Source: Anolis carolinensis
Taxonomy: Eukaryota
Length of the DNA stretch: 64,000 nucleotides
Direction: 5' to 3'
NCBI RefSeq assembly: GCF_035594765.1
Contig: NC_085845.1
Location: 74,766,024-74,830,023, forward strand
Below are positions 26,303 through 37,574 of the stretch, piece by piece (positions within the stretch are counted from its first letter, which is position 1; each line of letters opens with the position of its first letter). The notes below the pieces were generated by a model. That model saw only the letters and a program-made list of their open reading frames with translations, did no database searches and had not been told where the DNA came from. The translations under genes and the position numbers were made by a program.

Positions 26303-28422
26303 ATTCAGGATGTAACAAGAACGTGGACCACCGTGGCCAAGTCAGACTTCCCAAGGTATGGGCACAACTGGCGCACAAGTTTTAATTGTGCAAAAGCTCC
26401 CCTGGCCACCACTGAGACCTGGGGTTCTAGGCTCAGCGATGACTCCAGGAACACTCCCAAGCTGTGAATCTGCATCTTCAGGGGGAGTGTAACCCCATCA
26501 AAACACAGGCTGCAACTCTATACTCTGTTCAGGCCAGGTACATAAGATATACATCTTACACACCTGGCTTGAATGTAACCTTATTCACTTTTAAAAATAA
26601 TTGTGTGGATATGAAACAAAGTTTGTGTACACTGAACAATGAGATGGTAAAGGTGACATTATCTCAATCACACGTGTGCATAATTTTGGATTTTGGAGTA
26701 TTTCAATTTTTGGATAAAGGATGCTCAGCTTGTATAGCTCTAAGGACTTTATAGAATGGAGGTTAAAGTTGGCTGTCCATATTATATGTTGTGCAATATC
26801 CATTGACAGTCTGCCATATTCCCATGACGAAGCCCATCAATAGACCTTGATCACACCACAGTCCTGAGGCTTACTCATGTGGTGAGTTTGGGTGCTTATG
26901 TAGTACTAGTGCATCTTCTGCTCTCCACTTGTTGGAAAAACTTTAAAAACATTAACCGGTTATTCAGAAGTGATGCCATTTACTAAGAAGTGCAGCTTCG
27001 AACTGCCAAGGTGTCACAATTGTGCAATGCCAGCGGTTGTTGAATGTTGTGCATCATCATAATGGCAAATAGCTGCTAACTTGTATCATGGGAACATCAT
27101 GGAGAAGTGGTTCATCTTGAGTGATACCTGTTTGAGAGACTGTCCAGATAACCGCTGGCATCTCGCTGGTGAATTGCAATGGCTTTAGTTAGCTCTATGA
27201 TAGCGCAACTCAATTGTTTTCAACTTGTTGCAGAGGTTAGAATTCACTACTAGCTGTGCAGTGACCAAACACCTCCCCACACAGCCCACCTTTTCTCAAT
27301 GGCAGCCTGCTAATCCTGCTATGTCCTGGTGGGGGGAAAATGGGCAGCACTGGAGAAGCATCTAGGTATTTTCTGGTTGGAAATAGAGTAATGACAAGTT
27401 CAGGTGGCTGAATCTGAAACAAGGTGGGTTTGGGATGGGAGATTACTACAGTTATGACTTGTAGCTACACGTTCTGATGCAGAGTTGGAGCTTCTAAGTT
27501 CAAACTTTGACAGGAAAGCTGTTAAGATCAAGGAAGTTTGATGGGATTTGCCTGAAGGTGGTATGGTCATAAAACAGAGGGACAGAATGAAGAATGAGTG
27601 AGCAGAATGATTCCCATGTAGATGATAAATGGGAGGAAACCAAGAGTAAGGTTGGTTAGGTGATAGGACGTACATATTCAGCAGTTGATGGGTAAGCATA
27701 AAAGACTGTATGATCACAAAGCGCAGTTAACATTTCTCTGAACTGCTTTAGGAACATTTTTTTCTTTTACATCACTTTTTGAAATGATAATGCAGTGCTG
27801 TTCACAACTATGCATATGACAGTCATGTGCTTTGATTAATTGTGCACTTTTCTCTCTTGAAACAACTGATACTCTACCTCCTGAAGACATTTTCCTGCCA
27901 CTTGCTGGCGTCAGTTACTTTAGCTTGAAGCAAAAGAAACTGGGGCCTGGCTAGCCATATGATGGTGGTTTGGTCCCTTTTGTTTACAAGGCATTCAAAG
28001 CAACTACTGTCTAAAAGTTCCAATTTTTGCAGAAATAGTGCTGGAAGAAGGAGAAAAAGAAATTAGAACCAAGTGAAGAATTCATGCGATATGCAGATAA
28101 ATATTGTTTACCTGCAGCTTTCTTTATTGTCCAGTTACATACACTGACTTTCTGGGTCAAACTCAATTTTTACTCAGAAACAGAACCATGAATCAGTGGG
28201 AACTTGGTCAGGCAACACTTACACAAGGTTGACTGATTGTAAGGATATTGCACTTAGGACTCTGACTTTTCCATGAAAATTCTTTGCAAGAGTTTGTATG
28301 CATATCTGGGCTATCTGTGTGGGTCCTAGCCTCACGACAAACAGACATTTTTCTGAATAAGGAAAGCAATATGTGAAGGTGAAAGGGAAAATAGTGGAAA
28401 CATACACTCAGTTCAGCTACAT

Positions 28423-29052
28423 CAGCGTTTCTCAACCTGGGGGTTAGGACCCCTGGGAGGATCGCGTGGGGGTCGCCAAAGACCATCAGAAAACACTATT
28501 TTTGATGGTCTTAGGAACCCCTTCAGCAGAGAATGCTGATGATCTCTCCACTTGTTTGGCCCAATTCTATCGTTGGTGGGGTTCAGGGTCTCTTTGATTG
28601 TGGAGGAACTATAAATCCCAGCAACTACAACTGCCAAATGTCAAGCTCTATTTTCCCTGAACTCTACCCGTGTTCACATTTGGGCATATTGAGTATTTGT
28701 ACCAAGTTTGGTCCAGATCCATCATTGTTTGAGTCCACAGTACTCTCTGGATGTAGGTGAACTATAACTCCAAAATTCAAGGTCAATGCCCACGAAACCC
28801 TTCCATAGTTTCTGTGGTCATAGGAGTTCTGTATGCCATGTTTGGTTCAATTTAATCATTGGTGGAGTTCAGAATGCTCTTTGATTGTAGGTTAACTATA
28901 AATCCCAACAACTACAACTCCCAAATGCAAAATCATCCTCCCCAAATCCCACCAGTATTCAAATTTGAGCGTATTGGGTATTTGTGCCAAGTTTGGTCCA
29001 GTGAATGAAAATACATCCTGCATATCAGATATTTACATCACGATTTGTAACA
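28423..29052. mobile_element. hAT-like non-autonomous DNA transposon fragment with internal repeats
   Basis: cagcgtttctcaacctggggg end; repeated aactacaactccc and gtttggtccag units. Confidence 0.6.
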
Positions 29053-29431
29053 ACAGTGGTAAGGCAAAGGCATTGGAGTTTAAAAAGTTTGAAGAAATTT
29101 CATAAAATTAAGTTCCAGTCTGACATAAAACAGAAACATAGAATCATTCCTGTTTTTCATGTAACTTACTTTCTAATAATTGTGAGTTCCCATAATGTCA
29201 CAACATTTCTTAACTTCCAGAGAAGACTGTTTAAAGCAGTGGTTTCCAACATTTTTTGGGCATGCCCCACCAAAGCATCGCTTAAATCCTGATGCCCTCC
29301 CCTCTGTGGCATGTAATTCTTATTATTCAAAAAGTGAACTCCTATTCATGTGGTGTGGATGAAGCCTAAAAAGCCATTAACTTGGTTTAAACAACTTTGT
29401 AAAGAACATGGCACCCATCAAAGACAAAAAT

Positions 29432-29550
29432 AAGGATGCCTGCCATAGATGTGGGTGAAACATCAGGAGGGAATGTTTTTGAAACAGGCCATACAGCCAA
29501 GAAAACTAACAGCAACCCAGTGATTCCAGCCATGAAAGCCTTCAACAACA
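29432..29550 (+). mobile_element. Penelope-like element fragment
   Basis: ggatgcctgccatagatgtgggtgaaacatcagg...gaaagccttcaacaaca. Confidence 0.75.
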
Positions 29551-30736
29551 CAGTTGAATGTGTTTGTAATGAAAGTTGCCACCCTTTTCTGTACTCATGC
29601 ATTCTCTAGTTAACTCTTACATTCTCCCCACTTCTATTAGTGGCCTTTCCCTCCCTCCATTGTCACCTGCTATTCATTCTGATTTTAATTTTTAAAATGT
29701 TTATGTCACAATATATATTTCTATACTGTGTGTGAGGCTCCTAGAACCATAAGAAATGCAAAAGAGTCACTGTTAATAACTCATTGCCCTCCTTAAAAAT
29801 CAAATTGTTCCCCTTGGGGCGTGTGACCCAGGGTTTAAAGATATCTTCATTATTGGTGTGAACCGAAATAATAGTAGGGTCTCTGATTTAATGACAATTG
29901 GCATAAAAATAACTCATTTTTGACTATTTAAGAGACTATGCTTAGAATCTTCATGGAATATTGCCAAATCAGGAAAGAAAACACATCTTATCTGCCATAG
30001 TCATAAACAGAATGTGCGGGCTAACGGGCTTGGAGATGACCATATGTTTGTTTTATAGATCTTCAAATCCTATTATGTATCCAATTTTAGTTTAAGTATA
30101 GCAATCCATGTTAGGCAATGGGAGCTGAGGGGGAGAGATTTCAAAGGGAAATGGTTAAGAAGATACCGGTATAATCATGTGTATTGTCTGGGTGTGATTC
30201 TCCTCCCAGCCATTTTTCCCCCTGCCTGTCTCATAGCTACTAATCTTCTGATTTCATGCCTTCTGTCTCTTTCACCAATGTTTTAAAACTTGATATCTTA
30301 GTGTTTCCCCCTCTCACTCTAAAGATGACATGTAGTTGACACACTTTATAAGTGGCTTGACCTAATTCTTGCAGATTACTATGAAATGCGTGTTAATAGT
30401 AGTAATTGATTGCTTGCAATAGAAAATGACATTAGAACATTAATTGGCATCTGAATTAGCAGTACTGTAGGTTTGTCCTTTGTTTCACAATACCTCCCAT
30501 GCACAAAGAGATCTCTTTAAAACTTGGGGTGAGATTCAAGTCAAGCTGGATGGATCAGTGCGATAAGATGCTTTCTGAAATATTAGCTGTACATCTCCCC
30601 AGCCAGACTTCCTGTTGCTGTCCCCTGCCCTCCATTCCACCTTCTAAGCCATGCAGCCTCCAAACAGCTGTATTGGATGCCCCATCTACACCAGAATTTC
30701 AAATTGGTATTGAAGAAAGTGGTTTCACTGTACAGA

Positions 30737-31000
30737 TTTTTTGTGTGTCAGGAAAGACTTGAGAAACTTCAATTTGCTTCTGGTGTGACAGAATTGGCAA
30801 TCTGTAAGGACATTGCCCAGGGGCTGCCTGGATGTTTTTGATGTTTTACCATCCTGTGGGAGGCTTCTCTCATGTCCTCACATGAGGAGCTAGAGCTGAC
30901 AGATAGGAGCTCACCCCATTCCCTGGATTTGAACCACCAGCCTTTTGGTCAGCAGTTCAGCCAGCATAAATGTTTAACCCATTGCGCCATCAGGGGCTCC
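30737..31000 (-). mobile_element. tRNA-headed Vingi-tailed SINE (second copy)
   Basis: Colinear with 10821-11115; TSD actgtacaga/actatgcaga. Confidence 0.8.
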
Positions 31001-31440
31001 ACTATGCAGATAATTACATAGGAAATCCTGGAACCAGTCAGAGGCCCGGATGGCGATTACACAAACCAGAGCACAGAGGTGAATTAAGAGCTTTCTTTTG
31101 CACACTTTTGTGGGATTTTGTTGTCTGGCTACCAGTTTGAACCTAGCTTTGAACTACATTGAATGTTCAGTATAGATAGGGCCTAAGTTGTTGGAGAGTG
31201 AGGGAATGTGCAGCAACATGTCCAACTATTTTCCTTAAACTGGATGTGCTGCAACAGACACTAGCAGGGACCTTTAGACCTCCCTGGGATACCCTTGTAG
31301 ATGAGGTCCTTGCAGGACACTCTGCTAAAAGAAAATACCTCATGAATACACTCAGGCAACCTGGAAATGTTTAAAACCTAAGTTTGGGGGAACCTTGGTC
31401 ATTGCATATCTATCTTGTTTGCTGTGTCATAATAAAATAA

Positions 31441-31905
31441 TAAAAACTGTGCGGTTTTGTGGCATTGTATATTTCTGCCGCTTCTGTGACTGTTCATTTG
31501 TATTTTGATTCTGTAGCCCACTTGTCGATGGGTGTCCAGAATCAGCAGCATCCACCACAGTCGTTTTTATCCTAGGCGATGACTGAGCCAGTATAGACTT
31601 CGTTTTGGTTTGTTTCTCCATAATGCTAATGAGTTAGGTGCTCTTAGTACCACTCCTCAACTGAGACCGCTCTGGCTTGGTTGGACCTGCCGGTAGTTAC
31701 ACTACTGCCAGCACAGCTCTCAGCATCTTTGGAACAGTTAAGCCCCCCCCCCCCCCCCCACCACCACCACAAGGTGGTACCCATTGAATCCTAAACACTT
31801 GGGAAGTGTTCAACTTGCGATTTTGTAATACAAAATCCAGCATATATATCTCATTTGCTGTGTCATACTATGTCTTCGTGTCAAAATAATAATAACAACA
31901 ATAAC
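31441..31905 (+). mobile_element. R4/Dong-like LINE: inverted 5' end (minus 31441-31788) joined to 3' tail (plus 31789-31905), next to an older tail at ~31340-31443
   Basis: ORF start MEKQTK...QKRQKYTMPQNR; tail tttgctgtgtcata...(TAA)n. Confidence 0.65.
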
Positions 31906-32639
31906 AACTTTATTTTTGTACCCCGCCTCCATCTCCCCGAAGGGACTCAGATCAGCTAACATGGGGCCAATCCCAGGCAATTACAATAAAACAAAATAAA
32001 ATAATACAAGGCATGTGTCTTAGGGTTACTGTGTAAGCATGTTTATCTGATGATGATGATTGCATATTTAGAATTCCAGTCGTCAGTGACTGAAAAAGTG
32101 AGTTGCAATGTCATAAGAAAGACTCAAGACATTTTAACTTACTAGCAGGATGACTGCCATCATATTTTTCTCCATCATGGGAGATCTGGAATTACTCACC
32201 TTCTCAGTTATGTACAAGCCAAACTTCTCTGAGAGTAAATTAGATTGAGGGTGAAGGGTATTACTTTGCAGTGATTTTGCCCATAGATTTTCTGATCATA
32301 GAACATAGTATTCCCAGTCCTTCCACTGCATGTGGTTTTTTTGTTAACATAGTTTGTTGTAGGTATTGGGTCTCCTTAGTGTTTGTACTCCCTACATTTT
32401 GTGTCTTTATTGTGATTAGCAAAACCTAATGGTTTTTACTATTGTATCAGATACCAGATATACATTGAACATAATAAATACATCATTTTAAATATTTTGT
32501 TTTGTCCCTCTTGTCTGTATGCTATAGAATAGGCAATTCACTTTATCTAAACTGATATTTATGTGTTTTCTGACATTATTCATTCTATGTGTGGGGAGAA
32601 GGTGCTTGAATCTCTATATTTTAAGTTAATTATGGTTGA

Positions 32640-32975
32640 GAGGGTATATGATAGCCATGTTTATAAATATTTGAAAGCATGACTTATTGAGTAGGGGGCA
32701 AGCTTATTTTCTGCTGCTTTAGAAGTGAGGACAGGGAGCAATGGGCTAAAGTTGCAGGAAAAAAGATTTTATGTAAACATAAGAATGAATGTCCTGACAG
32801 CTGCTCAACAGTGGAGTAGGATGCCTGGGGTGTGTGGTTGTGTCTCATTCTCTGGAGGTTTTGAAACAGAGGTTGGGTGGCCATCTGTTGGGGGGTGCTT
32901 TGATTGTATTTTTCTGCTTGGCAGAAGGTTGAATTTGATTACCTTTGTGATCTCCTCCAACTCTATAATTCTAGA
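32640..32975 (+). mobile_element. CR1 LINE 3' fragment, degenerate
   Basis: RTGSNGLKLQEKRF remnant; ccaactctataattcta end. Confidence 0.8.
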
Positions 32976-33059
32976 GTTGGTGTCCTTGAAGATGCTGCTA
33001 TTGCTCTGTATGCAGTCACAAGAAAATGACTGCATTGGGGGGATCTGAGGTATTTAATG

Positions 33060-33290
33060 GTCAGTAAAGATTTACAACCTGTCCAACAACCAAAAAGGTA
33101 TTGTATTTATGCCCAGGTTTTTAAGTAACTGATACATTTTCATGTTGTTTTATGCTGTTTTATACTATATTGTTATATATTTTTTTTAATTTCATGGATT
33201 GTTTTAACTTATGTTGATATTGGGCTCATGCCCATGTGAACCGTCCCGAGTCCCTTCGGGGAGATGGGGACGGGATACAAAAATAAAGTA
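33060..33290 (+). mobile_element. L2 3' tail followed by (TAG)n/(TTG)n microsatellite
   Basis: gagtcccttcggggagatgggg...aataaa. Confidence 0.7.
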
Positions 33291-33532
33291 GTAGTAGTTG
33301 TTGTTGTTGTTGTTGTTATTATTATTAGGTGAGGTTGAGATAGTATAAATCTGACCACACCATTGTATTTAATCAATAGGATGCAAGCTATATTAATAGA
33401 TTTAATTCAAATAGATTTAAATGCAAGTATTTAGATGCTGCCTTTCAGGACAGGCATCCTTCTAAGGACATTTACTAGTAAGATAACACATAGATTATAA
33501 AACTGTTATTAGTAATTGTCCATAAGACAAAT

Positions 33533-33925
33533 CTTCTTCTTAGGAGATTCCTCGTAGTTCGAGGATGATGGTCTTCCAGTAATTTTTCTTGGAGGACGCC
33601 TGTGCGTGATTTTTTTTAGTGTGTGGAGGTCGGTGCACGGCCGGTCAACACAGTCTTCACAGAGTGAGGTCCCAGCAGTGGTGTGATTACACGAGAGTGG
33701 CTTCTCAGTCTGTTGTAGCCTTCTTCCGCCTTCACAGCCGTTGTAACATGTACCATGTTATCCTCCGCCTGCTCCGCCGTTGAGGTCTTTGGGTCTTCGG
33801 ATTGTTCTTGGTCTGGATCCTCCCCTGTGGCCACTCCTGGGAGTGTGTGACTCCGGTGGTTGTGCCCACAGGTTCATTGGAACATGAAAGCCCCCTCACC
33901 ACGACAAGGTGACAATCCATCGAGG
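33533..33925 (-). mobile_element. Non-autonomous bipartite RTE derivative (5' UTR fused to 3' tail)
   Basis: 5' part matches 7961-8760; 3' end catcctcgaactacgagg matches the RTE tail at 13175-13200; perfect 40-bp TSD. Confidence 0.9.
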
Positions 33926-34164
33926 GATTATAAAACTGTTATTAGTAATTGTCCATAAGACAAATACATAAGGCACAACAGTATGTCCCACTCAATCATA
34001 TAAAACTCAATCAGATCAAATGTCAGTGTTTCCAATTTCTTTCACCACATCAACTGAATATGGTCTGGAATAACATCTTGATTAGGATTTTGGTTCTATC
34101 AAGTGTGCAAATTGGTAAAATATGCCATGCCAACAGCTGCAAATTCATGTATACTATTTACACT

Positions 34165-34170
34165 TTTATT
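34165..34170 (-). terminator. Putative KIT polyadenylation signal AATAAA
   Basis: Plus-strand tttatt at the end of a U-rich UTR block, just distal to the miR-221/137 site. Confidence 0.7.
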
Positions 34171-34310
34171 TAAACTCTTCAACAATACATCTTTCAGACT
34201 TCCACATATTTATACATACTTTCATTGTGCATATATATATATATGTTTATTTATATATTTATAGAAAAATATTTTTTAAGACTCAAAAGCCTAAAGGAGC
34301 TGAGAAAACA

Positions 34311-34322
34311 TTATTGCTACAT
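34311..34322 (-). promoter_or_regulatory. Overlapping miR-221/222 (ATGTAGC) and miR-137 (AGCAATAA) seed matches
   Basis: mRNA sense ATGTAGCAATAA; miR-221/222 is an established KIT regulator. Confidence 0.7.
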
Positions 34323-35290
34323 TTCAGCATTTACATAAAACAATCGGAGCAATAAAACAAATCTGAAACTATTAAGCCGCTCTGTAACCAAGTAGTCAAC
34401 AAAAACAGAATTATAAAAATATAACTTTTCAGATTATAGGAAAAACATTGTCTACTCAAGTGCCAAAGAAGTACCATGATGTCAACAATTATTACAAGTT
34501 TTTCTCTTATAGCCGCAAAGGCCAAAAGGTTTTGCATTTATTTAAGATGGTGGTTATCATAACCTTCAAGGAGGGTTGGGGGAAGAAAGCATACTAGTCA
34601 TATTTTCACCTTTAATATATACATATACTGAATATGTGGATGGAAGACGGACTGATGCATACCTTTGGGTCCTGTCACCTATACCTATCCAGAAGGTGTA
34701 AAGTGGCCCAGGAGGTGTACAGTTAGTCACACAAAATCTCTTCTACACAACTGTGAACTTTAACTGTGTAATGCTCCTACCCGCACATGTGAAGCATAGA
34801 TATGAAGAACCCTATAGAGTTGATTCAGATAATAGTCAGGGCACTGTCAGCTGTTACAACCCTCCTCCTTGCTGTGTTTCTTGCATGCATACACTAATGG
34901 GTTGCAAGTGAAAACAGGTACAGAATGACTCTAATCCAGTGCACAGTTCTGATAATACACACGGAGCTTGGAAAACACAGTCTTCCCCATTGTCAGAAAA
35001 GGAGGAGAATCTGCATGTGCAATGAGAAACGTGACAGGCAAAGGGAATATTTCTTTTTATAGGGGGGAGAATGGAAAGCCCCTGCTTACATGGAGCTTGG
35101 GTCAAGCAATGCCCCACAAATTTCAGCGAACTTTTGAAAAGTGCAATGGTGTAAATGAATCCAGTGTAAGTGCCTACATTTAAGAAAGGGGGGGGGGCAT
35201 ATTTTTGGAACCTTAACCCCAAATAATCTGGTAAAATACATCACTCTCGGTCAGCAAAAGTTGGTGATGTTGGACATAATTTGAAGCTTC

Positions 35291-35300
35291 TGGCAGTGCA
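35291..35300 (-). promoter_or_regulatory. Overlapping miR-34/449 8mer (CACTGCCA) and miR-148/152 (TGCACTG) seed matches
   Basis: mRNA sense TGCACTGCCA. Confidence 0.6.
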
Positions 35301-36264
35301 TGTTTAAGATGAACTTTCATTTGGGTCTACAGTTGCTCAATAAAGTTGTATTTGGACACAGTTACATCTAACAATGTAAAGCCAACAAGAGAAGTTGTTA
35401 CATTTGAAATGTAAATCACAGGAGTCCTAAAGGGAAGCTACACTGAAAATATACAGATATTTTAGCGCAAGTCTATTACTCAAAAGATGATCTGTGAGAT
35501 TTTTGTTTATTGATTGATAGGTCCTTATAGAAAACCAAAGAGTATTCAGACAATATGGCAATATAGACACGTAACTCCTAAAGCCATTAGCCTGCATTTT
35601 GTGCTAACCTGAAAATCCAGTAACTTCAAAATTTACTTCTTTATCTATGTTTCTATCCATACAGCAGTCAGTACTACAGGAAAACATGCCCTTCCCAAAA
35701 TGCGGCCATGTGAGATTTTGTTCTATTAAGCTTACAGTTACATGTACCCAAGATATGCTTTGAGTACAGTAAGAAAATTATTTGACTGTTCTACATTTAT
35801 ATATATATACACACACAAAATAATAAAATATGGACTTTTTTGGAAATACATAGCTCACAGCTCTCCTAATCAGACAATTAGAGCTACGTAAGGTACATAT
35901 CATAGTTCCTGTTGTGATACAAGCAGCCGTATCTTCACCAGACCTGGGAACTACTAGGATGTTCTCCATCAGTTTATGATGGTACATATTTGTCCACTTG
36001 AAATTAGCCATGCAACAGTTTATCTTTATTTCTCAATATATGTCGTTAGAAATAGGTACACTGATTGACCTTCCAGTGTGTATAATTGGGATAAAAGAAA
36101 TATACTGGGGCCCTTCTGCAACATCACAAAATATTGGAGTGTGTGTGTATACAAATGGGAACATAAGCATACAAAACAAAAGCTTGGAAATTATCTTGTT
36201 CCCTTCTTATATATCTTCTGCCTCAACTGGAAAATGCAAACAAGATGGTTATTACCTGTTATAG

Positions 36265-36399
36265 CAGTGGTTCTCAACCTGGTGTCCCCAGATGTTTTTG
36301 GGCTACAACTCCAAGAAATCCCAGTCAGTATACCAACTGTTAGGATTTTTGGAAGCTGAAAGTAAAAAACATCTGGGGATCCCAAGTTCAGAACCACTG
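36265..36399. mobile_element. hAT-like palindromic MITE in KIT 3' UTR
   Basis: cagtggttct...agaaccactg; TSD tgttatag/tgttacag. Confidence 0.88.
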
Positions 36400-37120
36400 T
36401 GTTACAGAGCTGCGGAACCTGTATCCTTCTGGATGTTGTCCTGACTACAATTCTCATAATTCCTGAACACCAGTAAGGCTGTCTATATCTTATGTGAGAT
36501 GAAATAAAACATCTGAAGCTAGCTCAATGCCTTTGTTTCTTTCTAATCAGGTGTGTAGAGTCTTGGATTGGGGGGGGGGGGGAGGTTAATCCAATCCTGG
36601 ATTTCTTCTCTTGCAGAAACAGAATATAGTATAACTAGGAGGACTACAAAAAGCTTTTCCTCACTGTAGTCCTTGGAGTATCTGCAAGAAACTGTTTGAC
36701 ATGGCTGCAAAACCTTTTGGAACTGATTTCTTGACAACTCCATAGTCACAAGAGGAAAAAATGAAAATCTCAATGCTACCACCAGCTTCACATTTGGATT
36801 TGGCCCAGAATGTTAAAGTTTGCTTACATTTCTAAGATTCAAAGCTTTAGAAGTAATGGAAATTTCCTTTCCAAATTTTCAAACACGACCACCAACTTTC
36901 TAGAGTTAGAGCTCTTGAGATCTCCATTTTAAACATGTTGCTTTCAAAGAAGTTCATATCCCATTTTTAGACATTCTTCCCCACTCCCAAATTTTAATGT
37001 TTACTTTCCACTTCTACACTACAAATGCAAATAACACAGCGACTAGACACAGCCTCTAGCAAACAGTGCAACAATGCTGTAAATGTGATGGGCAATCTAC
37101 TTTGTTTTTAACAGCATGTA

Positions 37121-37448
37121 CAGTAGAGTCTCGCTTATCCAAGGTTCTGTATTATCCAATGCAGTTTGCCTTTTAATAGTCAATGTTTCTGTAGTCAATT
37201 TTTCAATAAATTGCAAAATTTTGGTGCTAAATTCATAAATACAGCAATTATTACATAACGTTATCATGTACTGAACTGCTTTTTCTATCCATTTGTTGTA
37301 AAGCATGATGTTTTGGTGCTTAATTTGTAAAATCATAACATAATTTGATGTTTAATACGCTTTTCCTTAATCCCTCATTATTATCCAACATTTTCGCTTA
37401 TCCAATGTTCTGCCAGCCCGTTTATGTTGGATAAGTGAGACTCTACTG
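37121..37448. mobile_element. Tc1/mariner (pogo/Tigger-like) MITE in KIT 3' UTR
   Basis: TIR cagtagagtctcRcttatcc; TA flank. Confidence 0.9.
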
Positions 37449-37574
37449 CAATAAAAAAGAAAATTACTGTAGTATCCCTACTACTCTCAGTGTAGCGGTG
37501 AATAAAACGAGAACAACTCATAGCCATTGGTTTAAAAACTGCAGAATCTCAATCATGGCTGGCTGAATTTGTTT

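Larger units (their letters stand above)
24718..26732. mobile_element. MER46/Tigger4-like element ends enclosing L2 and RTE fragments
   Basis: Left end caggttgagtatttcttatccaaaatgcttgggaccagaagtg; right end ggataaaggatgctcagcttg; TA flanks. Confidence 0.6.
34145..37574 (-). other. KIT: KIT 3' UTR (~3.4 kb; 3' end approximate)
   Basis: AT-rich sequence from the stop codon to AATAAA at 34170-34165, with miRNA seed matches. Confidence 0.7.

Noticed and set aside
28540-29000. Spaced repeats resembling a CRISPR array
   Set aside because: Degenerate internal repeats of a DNA transposon in a vertebrate genome.
1-34000. Many 60-210 aa ORFs as host genes, including possible KDR exons
   Set aside because: No recognisable host protein or exon chain; the recognisable ORFs are LINE remnants.
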